Made by a program: the position numbers and the translations under genes
Shown here: piece by piece, positions 39,471 through 53,847 of the stretch
Position numbering within the stretch: the first letter of the stretch is position 1
Layout: every line of letters starts with the position of its first letter
From: Octopus sinensis
Lineage: Eukaryota
Direction: 5' to 3'
DNA: 64,000 nucleotides
Assembly: GCF_006345805.1 (NCBI RefSeq)
Contig: NC_043000.1
Coordinates: 157,852,001-157,916,000, forward strand
Notes under the pieces: model-generated
What the model was told of the DNA's origin: nothing
Databases searched by the model: none
The model's input: the letters and a program-made list of their open reading frames with translations, nothing else

Positions 39471-40952
39471 CTAAAGCGGAACCATTTATGTCTACGTTTT
39501 TCAGTGTCGTGCGAGGGGAAAAGAATTAAACTTAAACCAACGTTTAAACAAATTTTATTTTTCCTTACTTTGAGTTCGATAGAACTCTGAAGACAAGAAA
39601 GAAAAACAACATAATGAAGACTGGAAACAAGAGGAAAATATTGAAAGCAGTGGAACCACGAAGGAAGAGTAGGAAAATGTAGAAAGTGAGTTTATTATGT
39701 TTGTAGTTAATTTTTGATATTTCTAGTGAAATGTACGTATGTCATTACGTTTGTATGAATTCTTTCTACATGATTTCATGTTTTCATAAACAGTAGCCGA
39801 GACAGCGTAATTCGTTAATTTTTTAGCTTACTTGTGTAAAATATAGACATTAGTATTGCTATTGAGTAGTTAAATTTTGATAGTATGCACATGCGTTTGT
39901 GTGTAAGTCAACTCCGAATTAGATGTTGCACAGATTGTCTTCATACACTTGTTGATGAAGTTAATTTCTTCTTTTTCTTCTTCTTCTTTTTCTTCTTCTT
40001 TTCTTCTTCTTCTTCTTCTTCTTCTTCTTCTTCTTCTTCTTCTACCCTTTCTTGTTCGCTTCGTTGTTTATCTTTCTCACCTAAGGAGCTTGTATTTGTG
40101 ATACCTACAGAATGGTCTCAGTAACGTTCTTCTTAATTTCACCTGTCTGATCGCATTCTTTAAAATTGATAGTGAATAACAAAAATATTAACAGCCACAG
40201 CAAAAGCAATAACAACAATAACAACAACAACAGACCCTTCGACAACAAAAATAACAGAAAAACTAACAAATAACAACGTCCATAGCAAAAAATAATTAAA
40301 AAAAAACAAAACAAAACAAAAAATACAGCAGTCAATAAAATCTTAAAAGAAGAACGAATACTCTAATAAAACAAAGCGAACAACAATCACAGACTAAAAT
40401 ATATTCTGCAAAATTAAATACTCAAAGATATAGAAAAAGTTAACAGAACCCCCCCCCCCCACTCCACTCGCAACGCACGGGAAACCACTAAACACGATGC
40501 ATCGACTACTCCTATCACTACCATCGTCATCACCACCACTATCAAATCCATGCCGAACAGCGCTGAGACTCATCCTACCACTACTATCTCCATCACCAGA
40601 ATCACTAAAATGTTCGCCATTTTAGTGCGACTGAAATATCACAAAAAACAAAATAATAAATAAATTATCAATAACATCAATTCAACAACAAAAGCAATAA
40701 TCATGACAATTTCAAATGAAAAAAAAGTAGGCAACAGACGAAAAGCAAGAAGATTAAGAACAGGAATAAGAATGTCTTTTACTGATGAAAATAACGACAT
40801 TATTCGAGAAAACAATGAATGGTGGACGTAGGATCCACACTGAACCGAACTAGAAGAGCAAGGCTGGCACTAAAAGATCAACGCTAGCAATAACTGTAAG
40901 AGTAATAACAATAACAAAAACACTAAGGAAAAGGAAAAGAAGAAAAAAAGAA

Positions 40953-41356
40953 GTTGCTCTGTGGTAAGTATCTTGCTTACCAACCACATGGTTTCGGGTT
41001 CAGTCCCACTGCGTGCCACCTTGGGAAAGTGTCTTCTACTAAAGCCTCGGGCCGACCAAAGCCTTGTGAGTGGATTTGGTAGACGGAAACTGAAAGAAGC
41101 CCGTCGTATATATATGTATATATATGTATATATATATATGTGTATGTGTGTGTGTATGTATAAGCCCCACCCCCCTCAATATCGCTTGACAACCGATGCT
41201 GGTGTGTTTACGTCCACGTCACTTAGCGGTTCGGCAAAAGAGACCGATAGAATAAGTACTAGGCTTACAAAGAATAAGTCCTGGGGTCGATTTGCTCGAG
41301 TAAAGTCGGTGCTCCACCATGGCCACAGTCAAATGACTGAAACAAGTAAAAGAGTG
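40953..41356 (+). mobile_element. SINE family A copy
   Basis: Colinear with 16382-16830. Confidence 0.85.
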
Positions 41357-42019
41357 AAAAAAAAGACTAAAAGAGATGAAGAGAAAATGAAGTAAAATTC
41401 GAAGGAAAAGGAAAGAAAATGTTGTAGAAAAATAAAAAAATGGATGGTTTATCGACAGACAAACATGTCTCAGGAACGACAACGATCAAGGAAAGAATTA
41501 GAGGGAGAGAGGGAGAGAGATAGTGAGAAAAGGGGGAGGAAGAAAGATATAGAAGTGGGAGAGATTTTGTGTCAGCGTAAGAGGGAAGAAGATGAGTAAG
41601 GAAGATGGTATGTCAGAGATGAGAGGCAGAAATAAGATTATACGTTTGAGACAGACTGATTAGTCTGAAAGTTACTGAAAGAAAGAGAGCTTTAAAAAAT
41701 GCGATTGGCAAACAAAGAATGAAGGAATGACAAAAAGGAGCAGAAGGAGGAGGAGAGGAGAGAGAAAAAGAGAAGAATTTAGGTCTAGTGATTAGAAGGA
41801 AAAGAAGAAAACGACAGTGGTTAATGAGAAGGAGAAGTACAAAGAATTAAAGAGTTAAAATGATAAAAATTACCAACCGATCGACTATCAGAAGAAAAGG
41901 AAAGAAGATATGAATAAATATGTATATGTATACACCCATACGTTCATAAATACATATACAAACATATATACGCATACATATGTGTGTGTATTGTGTATAT
42001 GCATGTTGTTGTGTGTGTG

Positions 42020-42220
42020 TCTTTTACTCTTTTACTATTTACTTGTTTCAGTCATTTGACTGTGGCCATGCTGGAGCACCGCCTTTAGTCGAGCAAATCA
42101 AGCCCTGGATTTATTCTTTTGTAACCTAGACTTATTCTATTGGTCTCTTTTGTCCGAACCGCTAAGTTACGGGGGCGTAAACACACCAGCGTTAGTTGTC
42201 AAGCGATGTTGGGGGAACAA

Positions 42221-42259
<39 letters not shown>

Positions 42260-42434
42260 TATGCATATATACGACGGGTTCTTTCACTTTCCGTCTACCA
42301 AATCCACTTACAAGGCTTTGGTGGGCCCGAGGCTATAGTAGAAGACACTTGCTCAAGGTGCTGCGCATTGGGACTGAACCCGGAACCATGTGGTTGGTAA
42401 GCAAGCTACTCACCACACAGCCACTCCTACGCCT
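42020..42434 (-). mobile_element. SINE family A copy
   Basis: Reverse complement of family A. Its head is locally duplicated in inverted orientation at 42511-42571. Confidence 0.85.
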
Positions 42435-42437
42435 ATG

Positions 42438-42489
<52 letters not shown>

Positions 42490-42570
42490 TATATATATAT
42501 ATTATATATATACCCATAGGCGTAGGAGTGGTGTGTGGTGAGTAGCTTGCTTACCAACCACATGGTTCCG

Positions 42571-42760
42571 GTATCAAAAAGCTGCCGGACTATTTCTGTA
42601 GCGCGCCAACAGATGGTAGCACACTGTTGCGTGCGCAGTGATAGCTAGTAGTGACCTTCGTGAGGCTGTGTTCCGATTGACATCACCGTGTTTACTTTGC
42701 ATGTTATAAAATTTGTGATTTTGTGATCATGTATGTTGTAGTCTGGAATATTGTCATAGA
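42571..42760 (+). mobile_element. Probable mariner-type terminal fragment
   Basis: Begins ggtatcaaaaagctgccggact...agcgcgccaacagatgg, resembling mariner terminal repeats (from memory, not verified). Confidence 0.45.
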
Positions 42761-44173
42761 CAAGAAAAAAAAAAACCAACGTTAAATTTTGCGCTATTAA
42801 ATGGAAAATCATTTTCATATCCAGGTAACCTTAGCTACAATAATATTATGCCGTATTCTTGCAGCATATTTCTCGCAAAGCAACATGGATAACGAATGAT
42901 AAGGACAATGTTCTCGTGAACAGTAAACGAATATGAAGCAGATGAAGATTGGGAAACAATTCGTAGGATGTATTTTTGCCAAATTCTTTTAACAACGACT
43001 ATGTTTATTTTCTTTCTCTTTCATTTCACATTATTTTACATCAATCAGACCAGCTGTGTTTAGAATTATTGTTAAATGAATCAAAAGATCTAGAAGTTCT
43101 ATAGTAATTGTAAACTAGATCTTGAAACTTTCTCCAAACAATTGCACCTGTGTCCAACCTCTGGTGTAGTTTACCCAAACAAAACCGCCTGGATGCAAGG
43201 TAAAACACTAGCCTCTTTTGTTATCTGCATACATACTTACGCATGCGCAGCACACAAAACGCACACACACATTCACACAAACAAATTCACGCAAGCAAAC
43301 ACGCATACACACTTCTGTTAAACAAAGCCGCTTTCGAATTGGTAAGATAGGGGAATACAGAACAAACCGTAGCGTCTCATTGTTGTCTGTATTTATGTAT
43401 GTGTGTGTATCTGTACGTATGTTTGCGCGAGTGTGGTTTATACACAAACACATTTATCATATTTATATAAGAAATCGTTGGACATTAACCATAGAATTCA
43501 TAGATCATTTATAACAAGTATTAGAAGTTTAATCTTTCTGTCTAATCTTTTACTTTATAAAGCTATGAATATTGTTGAGCTCTCATGCAAAATGCAATAT
43601 ACTAAATAAAGAGCAAAGCATCCTGTAGTTTACTATTTTCTCTTATAATTACGTTGAAATATGTGTGCATATGAGTATCTATATTTTTGTAATTTAGTAA
43701 TCAGTTCAAGAAGCTAGGTTACCATAGTAATTTTCAAAATCTTCACTGCCATAATTATTATAGTAATTAGCAAAAACTCGTTTCTTTCGGGATACCGTAC
43801 ATCTAACCTTCGTTACGTTTCTATCAAAAATACAAAGGCAAATGCATACAACAAATTTAATAATGTAGATGCTGGCAGAAGTGATGTAATAATAAACTAA
43901 AGAATTTTGATTATTGTTTAATTATTGGTGAGAACAAATATTATTTAAATTACCAATTCTGGTAAAAAAAAAAAGGGCAGATGAAACAATCAAAATATTA
44001 ATTAACAATTGTTTTTAATTATATACGGAATGTAGTAGTGAGTGAATCTAGTCCTGTGACTGAGAGTGACAACGGTATTCATACACATAAATACATAGAT
44101 ATATACATACATGCAGACATATATAGATACATACATACATTTACACATGCGTACATTATGTATATGTAGACAT

Positions 44174-44204
<31 letters not shown>

Positions 44205-44333
44205 CTAGTAATAACCTCATATCTGAACACTACTGTTTAACTGCCCTGTAATTTCTTTGCGGTGAGTCGCCTATTTGCGCTACTAATCACTGCACGATGA
44301 CAAGGATATTATAAGAGAGACAATCTCTCCTAC

Positions 44334-44446
44334 CACCTCGCAGCGCACCATGTCCGGTTTCTCTAGCTGGAGAAGAGTGTACCGCTCCGTAATGCTTGCA
44401 TCCTTCAGTCTGGCAATTGGCGCTGCCATCTGAGACTGGTGTATGT
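44334..44446 (-). CDS. Candidate exon (D): (D)IHQSQMAAPIARLKDASITERYTLLQLEKPDMVRCEV
   Basis: Strong acceptor tttctttttcttgctgtAG, donor GTG|gtagga (or GAG|gtggta 3 nt earlier). GC3-rich codons. Phase 1 in, phase 0 out. Confidence 0.7.
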
Positions 44447-45080
44447 CTACAGCAAGAAAAAGAAACACAGGGAATGGCTTTCTTAAGCGTTGGAATATGT
44501 CCCATACATATCTGAACTATAAATAACTTTGTACTTATACACATCACTACTAGCGCTCCCACCGCGAAACCCTGTAAAATACTTAGATGCTTAGCTAAGT
44601 TTCGGCCAGTATTGGCTCAGGCCATGTCTAAATTAAACGTTCTGCCTGCATGCCTGCTATATATAGCGTTTGAAGTGGCGTACAGATATTGTTTGTAGAG
44701 AAAAAGGGAGGCCGTCAGAATTTTGGAAACGCTTTGTTTTTATCGTTATCATTTTGAATTTAATTCTTATAATGAAAAGTTTGTTTAAACGATCGAAAAT
44801 ACTAATAATAAAGAATTATCCAAACTTGTGACCGCCTCCTTTTTTCTCCAAATACGGAGTAGAAAAACAGCCAACAACTGATGGAGGGTCGTTCTTTATG
44901 TTGTTTGTCTTGTTTTCCAGTTGTTTCTTTCGTTGTTCGTAAAACAATGTTCATATTCCATGTTTTCGTATTTCGTATTCCCCCTGTACCCTTATATGCA
45001 TATGTACATACATATATATGTGTGTATATATGTATATATATTATTTATATCATATTATATTATATTATATTATATTATAT

Positions 45081-45142
<62 letters not shown>

Positions 45143-46151
45143 TATATATATATAGGTATGTTGATGGAGACAGGAAAAATAGAACTCAAAATATGAGTGT
45201 AAGTATACTTTTTATCAATATTTTGCAGAAGTAGGTGTTTCAAGGTCCGAGAATTTCGTTCGTTGGCACTTATCAAAGAGATTAGTGCCAAAGCACGAAA
45301 CACTCCTACCGTAAGTCACTGTATTACTTCTAAATATTGAAACACACACACACACACGCACACACACACATACACACACATATACACGTATATATTTGGG
45401 TCTTAGTAGATCTGTTGAACGTAACGTAGTCTAAGTGTGAGGACTAATAATAGAATAAATCGAGAGGTATATGTGAGTTTTCGAATGAACACAGAGAGTA
45501 TAGCTAATGTGTTTTTTTTTTTAACTCTTTAAGCACACTGCGTACTTCCATTGGAAACTTAATTCCGATAATATATTTCTATAATTATTCAGTCTTTCAC
45601 AGAATTCAGTCATTTGGTTTCGGCATGATGGTGGACCACTTTGAAGGGGGTTTTGTTGATTATCTAATCGCCTCGGGTATATTGGCAAGTACCCATTCTT
45701 ATCAATATTGTACGAAAATAAAGTCAAAATCGATCGTGATTGAGTCGAGGTGAAGGATATGAAATGAAGCATGCTATTTATAGACAATATCTAGAGTTAA
45801 AACAAAACCCTACAAAACTTTGGAAAACAGTCTTAGTGAGATTTTTTTCTTCTGACTATGAGAGTATTTTACATGAAATCAAGTTGTTTACATGTCTATG
45901 AAGAACGAGGTTGGCTTAAAATCTGCATGTGCATTTTTTTAGTACAATGTGATTTTCAAACTTTTTTACGCACTTTGATTTTATTAACTGCACTAATTGA
46001 CTAAATTGCCTTATGATAGGTAAATCGGTCTATCAGGATTACGTAAACTGGTGATGGTCACATTATCACTGGAGGAGCGATAAACTAGAGCTTAAACCGA
46101 AAAGGCATTTGCTGACCATCGGGTAATCATTATTATTATTATTATTATTAT

Positions 46152-46210
<59 letters not shown>

Positions 46211-46417
46211 TTATAATTATTGTAGTAGTAGTAGTAGTAGTAGTAGTAATAATCATGAGTCTCTGCATGTTCAGATACATCTATATGTATACAAGTGCGT
46301 CTGTACACGCGGTATGCCATGTTGTAATATGTATAAATACATAGGCACAAACACACGCAAGCAGACATATACATACACACACATACAGATACATATATAC
46401 ACACACGCATATATATA

Positions 46418-46458
<41 letters not shown>

Positions 46459-46751
46459 CATATACATATACAAATATATATATACATAGAGAGAGTGAAA
46501 GAGAAAGGTAGTGATGTACATATACGCACAACTGGGGTTGACACACACACACACACACATATGTATATGTATGTAGATATATAAACAGAGATAGGGAACC
46601 AGAGAAAGAGACACACACAGGGATTTCTCTCATAGCCACTCTTCAAGACGTGGGCCTGGTCCTGGTCCTGGATGAAGTGTTCGGAGTTGCAGTATAATTC
46701 ATTTCTGCACTACTGCGTGTCTTCTACATGGAGCATGTCTAGTTCTAAACA

Positions 46752-46753
<2 letters not shown>

Positions 46754-46847
<94 letters not shown>

Positions 46848-46848
46848 A

Positions 46849-46916
<68 letters not shown>
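46754..46916. repeat. Nearly pure (ATCT)n tract on the 5' flank of the LINE
   Basis: Visible directly. Confidence 0.95.
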
Positions 46917-47429
46917 TTCCAGAGATCCCTGGCCTGGCGGTGCTACCGAGAAGCGCTACCCGTTCGGGATAAGCCCTATAGGCATGGCTCGAGAAACACG
47001 GGGCCGACCTGCCCGAGATGCGGGCAGAGCGACGAAACCGCTCTGCACGCAATCGTGCAGTGTCTAGCAATTTCCCACCTGTGGGCTTATGTCGAACGAC
47101 TGCTGTCACGTGTGGGACGTGTCGGTTTATCAGCCGAGTCTATCGTTAATATCGTCACGCCTCCTTCCTTCAAACGGGAAGGAAGAGCTATTTTTATCAT
47201 ACTTGTGGCTATGGCGAAAGAATGTATCTGGTGGACGCGTCTGAAAGGATTAGAGACAAACACTTTCCTCTCTGGTCAATCTCTCATCAACTTCTTCAAG
47301 TATCACTTGAAGAAAAAAGTGAGAGTAGAGAGGCAAGTTTTGTCTAGTGAATGTTTTAAAAAAAGATGGGTGAATGTAGCAAGGATGGCACGTATGAATG
47401 ACGAAGCCACCTTGACTATGATTCTATGA
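46917..47429 (+). pseudogene. 3' end of ORF2 of a 5'-truncated L1/Tx1-type LINE (zf-RVT-like zinc finger)
   Basis: Uninterrupted frame from the (ATCT)n junction: [19 protein letters not shown]...CPRCGQSDETALHAIVQC...WAYVERLL...AKECIWWTR...WVNVARM. The W..LP...CxxC...ET..H...C pattern is typical of L1/Tx1 ORF2 C-termini. Confidence 0.85.
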
Positions 47430-47830
47430 ACCGTAAAAATTAATACAGAGAGTTGCTTATTTGCAAAAAAAAAAAAAAAAGAAATATAACATGTGACTTC
47501 ATTGACCGAGGTTACCGTGGTCTTTTCCGTAGGCTTTTCTTTCCACGGGTAAACCTCACCTGTCCTCCCCTTTACACTTCATATTGACATTTCTGTGATA
47601 ACGATCCCTATTGATCAATTTTTTTCCTCTTCCCCTTTTTTTTAACCCCCCCTTTTTTTTGTCCTCTTTCTCTCCTTTTACGATCCCTTTTGATCGACCC
47701 CCCCTTTTTTATTTTATTTTTATTTTTTTATTTTTTTTATTTTTTTATTTTTTAAACCTTCAAAAGAAAAGCTCTACCTTGTAATTTGTTCTATCTGTGT
47801 GCAGCCCTGTGTGGCTAATAAAGAAACATA
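46917..47830 (+). mobile_element. Truncated Tx1/L1-like LINE including a pyrimidine-rich 3' UTR
   Basis: ORF2 end, about 400 nt of UTR, AATAAA at 47817-47822, and (ATCT)n on both flanks. Confidence 0.75.
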
Positions 47831-47885
47831 TCTATTTATCTATCTGTCTGTCTGTCTATCTATCTGTCTGTCTATCTATCTATAA

Positions 47886-47929
<44 letters not shown>

Positions 47930-47962
47930 GTCTATCTATATATCTATCTATCTATCTATAAA

Positions 47963-48003
<41 letters not shown>

Positions 48004-48879
48004 CTATTTATCTCTTTCTCCCCTCTCTCTCTCTCTCTCTCTCTCTGTATATATATATACATATATATATATATGAGTGAGAAAAAGAAGAAAGACAGCG
48101 AGGATGTGAATGAGCGGGTGAGTTAGTGTGTGTGGTTCTGTATTCGTAATTGTATGCCTAGCATGCTTATAGCTTGTTGAAAGTCACTACTTCCTATGAT
48201 ATTAGTCATCCTCTCCGCATGAGTAATCATTTTGTTTCCCTTCAGCAGATTCGGATATAGCTTTTATCTAGAAATACAATAAATGGTACATTACATCTGG
48301 TTTGGATTTCCGGGTATTCCGATATACTTTATTTCCTGCATTAAATATTTATCATAAAAGAACCACTAAAATATCGAAAGACCCAATCACTTTTCTTTCT
48401 GTATCTCTAAGACATTATTTTTGCCAAATACAGAAAATTTAGTAGCTGATGTCTTGTTTATGAAAGTAAAGGCATTCAATAAATGGCATTCGCTGTTCTC
48501 TTGCAATTCCTGTCAGAAATAATTTATTTTATTGCATCAATTTGATGCATAAGCACCAAAATTCCTAAACGCGAATTTCGCCTAAAGTTACGAAAAATTC
48601 ATGGCTAACAAATGAAATTCTGGTCAAATATTTAATGTCACCGCATATACCTCGTCATATTTTGTCAACGGAACGATAGTTATATCTTGTAAACATAAAT
48701 TAATTGAAAATAGAGTTTATACAGAGAAAATATATTTTGTTACGTCGTAATGATCCAGATGACTGATGCTGAACAACGGTTTGCGTATCCTTTCACGAGG
48801 TACAGGTGGGAATTATTTTTACCGTTGGAACCTAACCGAAAACATCATGTCAAGAAATTATTTTCAAATTTATTAGTAA

Positions 48880-49273
48880 CTAGCAGTATCGCCCGGCGTT
48901 GCTCGAGTTTGTAAGGGAAATAACTATATAAGCATTTTTAGAGATGTAAAGTATAATAGCCATCTCAATATGGCTAACCACAAAGGGGTTGTTACTGTAG
49001 CTTTTTAAGTTCTGAGATTTAATAATAAATTTTTAGAGTGTTACTTCCCTTATATATGCCAGAAATGAATGAAAAATGGGAAAAATTGATGGTAATTTTT
49101 TTTTAAAATCGTAGACTCATCGTAGACGCGCGCTAATACCCAGAAGGGCTCGATATGAATCACGACTATAAGATACCCGGTTTTGGTTAAACTGCACCCC
49201 AAAATGTGGGAGTAGTTAGGAATCTAAATCGTAGGAGACAGACAGCATACAAGCTCTCTTTTATATATAAAGA
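48880..49273 (-). mobile_element. Non-autonomous Helitron, same family as 28612-29015
   Basis: Minus strand reads a|TCTTTATATATAAAA...cgagcaacgccgggcgatactgCTAG|t, with a shared 5' block of about 240 bp. Confidence 0.85.
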
Positions 49274-49952
49274 TAACACATCACGCAGTGGACATTTTAT
49301 ATCACCTGTGATGTGAATGTATACAAGCAAGATTAGCGAGAGAACTTGTAAGTGATTGGACCACTTAATCAAAATAGCAATAAGATCTCCCTCAAACATC
49401 TCGCGATCGTACTGACCATTTGAGTGACATTAGGAAACATGGTTATCTATATGATATGTATGAAAAAAAAAATGATGTAGGAGGAAATCATTATAAGAGT
49501 ATCTTGGGACGTATGTTTAACTTGGCTCTAAATCGCAATTAATCTTTTATGATGGCTAAAGAACTTGTAACCACATTCAATTGAGGGAGGACAAAACTTC
49601 ATTCTTCCTGTATAAAGATAGCGATACAGATTTATTTTTAATATCTGCAAGATCTGACCGCGACAGTGACATCCAAATTGTTCGTTTGAATGCGAACATC
49701 TCGATTGGAAGCCGTGTAGAATTACGATAAACATCACTGTAACGAGGAAGTCAGCGATGCAGTTTAAATTTAGACATAATTCCCCCGTCGACCCAAAGAA
49801 GCTAAATAGTAAATCATATTCAAATATTTATCAGCTTCACAAGATCTGAATTATTACTCTCCAAATTCATTCATAACCAATGTGTCTATGTAATATGTTC
49901 ATCATTATTCGCACACCAATACATATATCGAAGAATGAAAAACGTGAGATGA

Positions 49953-49983
<31 letters not shown>

Positions 49984-50409
49984 AAGACTACAAACATACA
50001 GAGACACACAGGGACACAAGTATAGAAATCTATAGACATATGCTTATGACAAAATACGCATATTCACACATATACAGACACGAACGCGCGCGCACATACA
50101 CAAACACATACACACGACCGCGCCTGAGCACGCGCACACATCAACACTTAGATACTACTTGGGAAATTATTACAAATATATGTGTAGGTCAGCGTATGTG
50201 AGTGAGCGTGTATACAGATATGTTGGCGGATATATGTATAGGATTACACACACGCACGCACACACACACACATGCATATGATCGTAGGCTCGAAGCGTCA
50301 AAGACTTTTCCGTTTTTCCTCGATCATCAAACTAACACCTCTTCTTGTTCCCTCACCTGTCTTCGTCTTTTGTTTTCTGTAAAGTGGAACTATATATATA
50401 TATATATTG

Positions 50410-50425
50410 AGATAGATAGATAGAT

Positions 50426-50458
<33 letters not shown>

Positions 50459-50459
50459 G

Positions 50460-50493
<34 letters not shown>

Positions 50494-50599
50494 AATAGAT
50501 AGATAGATAGATAGATAGAAGATAGATAGATAGAGAGATAGATAGATAGAGAGATAGATAGATAGATATATAGATAGATAGAGAGATAGATAGATAGAT

Positions 50600-50630
<31 letters not shown>

Positions 50631-50643
50631 TGATAGATAGATG

Positions 50644-50707
<64 letters not shown>

Positions 50708-50790
50708 TAGATATATACGTATATATATCTATATTTATCTCTATCTCTATCTCTATCTCTATCTATATATCTATATATATATATATATAT
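50410..50790. repeat. (GATA)n/(TA)n compound microsatellite
   Basis: Visible directly. Confidence 0.95.
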
Positions 50791-51511
50791 ACAAATAGAT
50801 ATTTATGCATGCAGTATATACCGCAAATCCTTCTAAACGCTAATGTGGTATATTACTGCATTTATATATGTGTGTATGTGTATATGAGTATGTGTGCGTG
50901 CGGGGGAGGGGCATGTATATCTCTGTGTGTGTGTATGTTTTCATTTATGTATGTATATACACAAGCGCATACACATATATTGATATAGTTGTTTTATGCA
51001 AAAAGAACAAGCTTCAACTGAAGTATAATCACTTTTCAACAGGTGTGTGTGTGTGCATGCATATGCGCTTGTGTCTTAATGTGCATGCACGTGCTTCAAT
51101 ACATTTGCGTGCATATGAAATTGCTTGGATGATGACACGTGTGTATTGAGATGTAGTCAAGATTTTTGTGGTGTGTGTACGTCTTTACATATGAAATGTG
51201 TTCCTGTGTTTTTAATCAATCTTCTGTAGTCTGACACCTCTTTGTTGTTGGTAAACGTTTACACCTAGCTGTAATTCAGAGGTGGCTAACTGCCAAAGCA
51301 ATATTTGATATAATGGGCAAACTTTCATCTTGTTTTAATATATCTTGTGCATTATGAGTCAATGTTATAGTGGTTTGTCTATTCCAACTTTTCTTTCTTT
51401 CGCAATCCAATAAATATTCTCTTGAACACGTACATTCAAAAAGAATCACATTTATATAAGTACTAAGCCTATATAATATCCTTTGTCTACTTCTCTGTCT
51501 CTCTCTCTCTT

Positions 51512-51543
<32 letters not shown>

Positions 51544-53774
51544 AATCTAAGCTATCTCTTTTTTCTGTTTGTCTCCCTTGTTTGATGACTATCTACCAAA
51601 CGCATATTTTCACTTTATATTTACTACATATATTTTAGTGCATGCATGTTTGAACACATACACACATACATATAGACACACATGCGTAAAATCACGCATA
51701 TATAGCAACAGGTATACAATACACATACGCACACAAACACACATATATAAAAGTATATAAATTCTCTCCCCCTGTGTATGTACACGCATCTTCAAGAGAC
51801 AATGTAATATACTATCCTCCACTATTTCTAAATTTTCTATGTGGGAATTGAAATTCTTACTGAAACGTGTGGTTTTACGAAGTATGTAAGAAATGGAATA
51901 TGAAATTGTATAGTGCGATGTTCGAGATCCTATGGCTTGCAATGAAGTGATCACTGATTATGGTTCTGAACTAGTGTACCTCAGAGAGAGTATTACCCGG
52001 CGATATAGTGTCAAGTGTATAGAAAGCATAAAGAGGCAGCTCAAAGGTGTGAAAATCTAAGAAACGCGATCAGGAAGACTAGGGGTATCAGCTAGCGTTT
52101 CATAATCAAATCTGTATGGTACAACGCCATATATCTTTAACGAAACACGATGCGATCGCCAGATAGAGACTGCAACACGCTAACCAACGGGTATGCAGCA
52201 GAAGGCTAGTGTGCCACGAGACGATGCTAGGTGTGCAGCAGTTTAATCTGAATATATTTTCCCCCTATATATAAGGTGTGCAGCCGAAGTTTGAAAAGAA
52301 TTTAAGTGTACCGCAAGTGCGAAAAGGTTGCGGAGCATTGCACTAGTCCACGTGACTTCACAAAGTCATATATGATCACTCATTAATTAAGAGCGATTGT
52401 ATTCCGCTAGAACTTTCCAGAATGTAAGGCATATGTAAGATAACCTTGGAAGTGGACTTCTAAGACCCGTGAAGTTAGAAGGATTCTGCTAGCAATAGCG
52501 GAGAGCTGATCAGACGATTGAAAAGCTGATGGTTGTCCAGTTGGCAAGGAGGGCCGAAAGACTATGAACTTAGATGTCTCTTTACAGTATCATATTGAGA
52601 AAGCTTCATAAATATACACTTAGCCTCAGTGGAAAACTATTATGTGCTGTGGCTATGAATATGGGCAACCCGCTTGTGTTTTCCAACACTTATCTGGATC
52701 TCTGAATACAACTGTCAGTTACTGATAACATGTATGGAGAAGGCAAGTCAATGCGCTTAGTCATAAATAGCGGTGGTTCTGTCAGTTGCACCTACACTGT
52801 ATTTTCCTATGTCCATTAAATAATCTGGCAGAAACGCTGCCTATCTGGCTAATTATATTATAATGATATACATGATATACATACATGCGTACATACATAT
52901 ACACATAGATACATAGATACGTACATACGAACATATGTACGAACGTACATACTTACATACATGCATACAAATAAGGAGAGAGAGAGATGCACACAGAGTG
53001 AGAGTGAATGAGAAAGAGAGAGAGGGTGGAATAGTAAAAGAGAGAGGTTTTATCAGATAATCATTATAATGAACCATATGAATTAACTCGAAAGGAGAGA
53101 AAGAAAATAACAAAAGTTTAGATTTTGCTATACATCGTATTCTTAAAACATAAAACATTATTCTTGATAATAAGACAATTGTTTGCAGAGAATACGAAAG
53201 TTGTAACATCTAACGATATCTACATAGTATTACTTATAATATGTTTCTTCTTTTCTGTTTTATTTTAGACGGCATGTTTCGGCTGTGAGAGATTTAGCCG
53301 CTGTTTTCGACGGCATGAGTGGCTGTGTTTCACATCCATTTTGAACGAAATTGCGCATGAATAATTCTGTTTGTTTCTACACTACCACTTGTACTATCTC
53401 GATTTGTTTTACGTTTTTAGCTTTTTGTAGATGATTGAAGTAACAGCCTTCTTAATACATCGGTGGTCCTATTTCGGAGTGTTATTAAATGTGAAATATT
53501 TGCAGTTACCATGCATATCGGCAGGCTGGCATAATTATAATCTGTTATAAGATTATGTAAAATTTAATATATTCGTTTAATTTTAAAATCCGGTTTGTGG
53601 CTTGTTACTTAGTTAGCGACCGGCTTCACTCTCTTATGAAGAACATACACAAAATTAAAAGAAAACCTCATTCATACATGCATGCATACATACATATGCA
53701 TAAATATATATGTATACATATAGACATATATATATATGTATATATGCAAATATCTATACTTAGATACATAATAC

Positions 53775-53847
<73 letters not shown>

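Noticed and set aside
44287-44562. Alternative frame CQTEGCKHYG resembling an A20 zinc finger
   Set aside because: The second CxxC is absent, and the other frame has better codon bias and fits both neighbouring exons.
53265-53335. GGCT/AGCC stem followed by GAAACATG on the minus strand as a hammerhead
   Set aside because: No CUGANGA core in front of the stem and no stem I.
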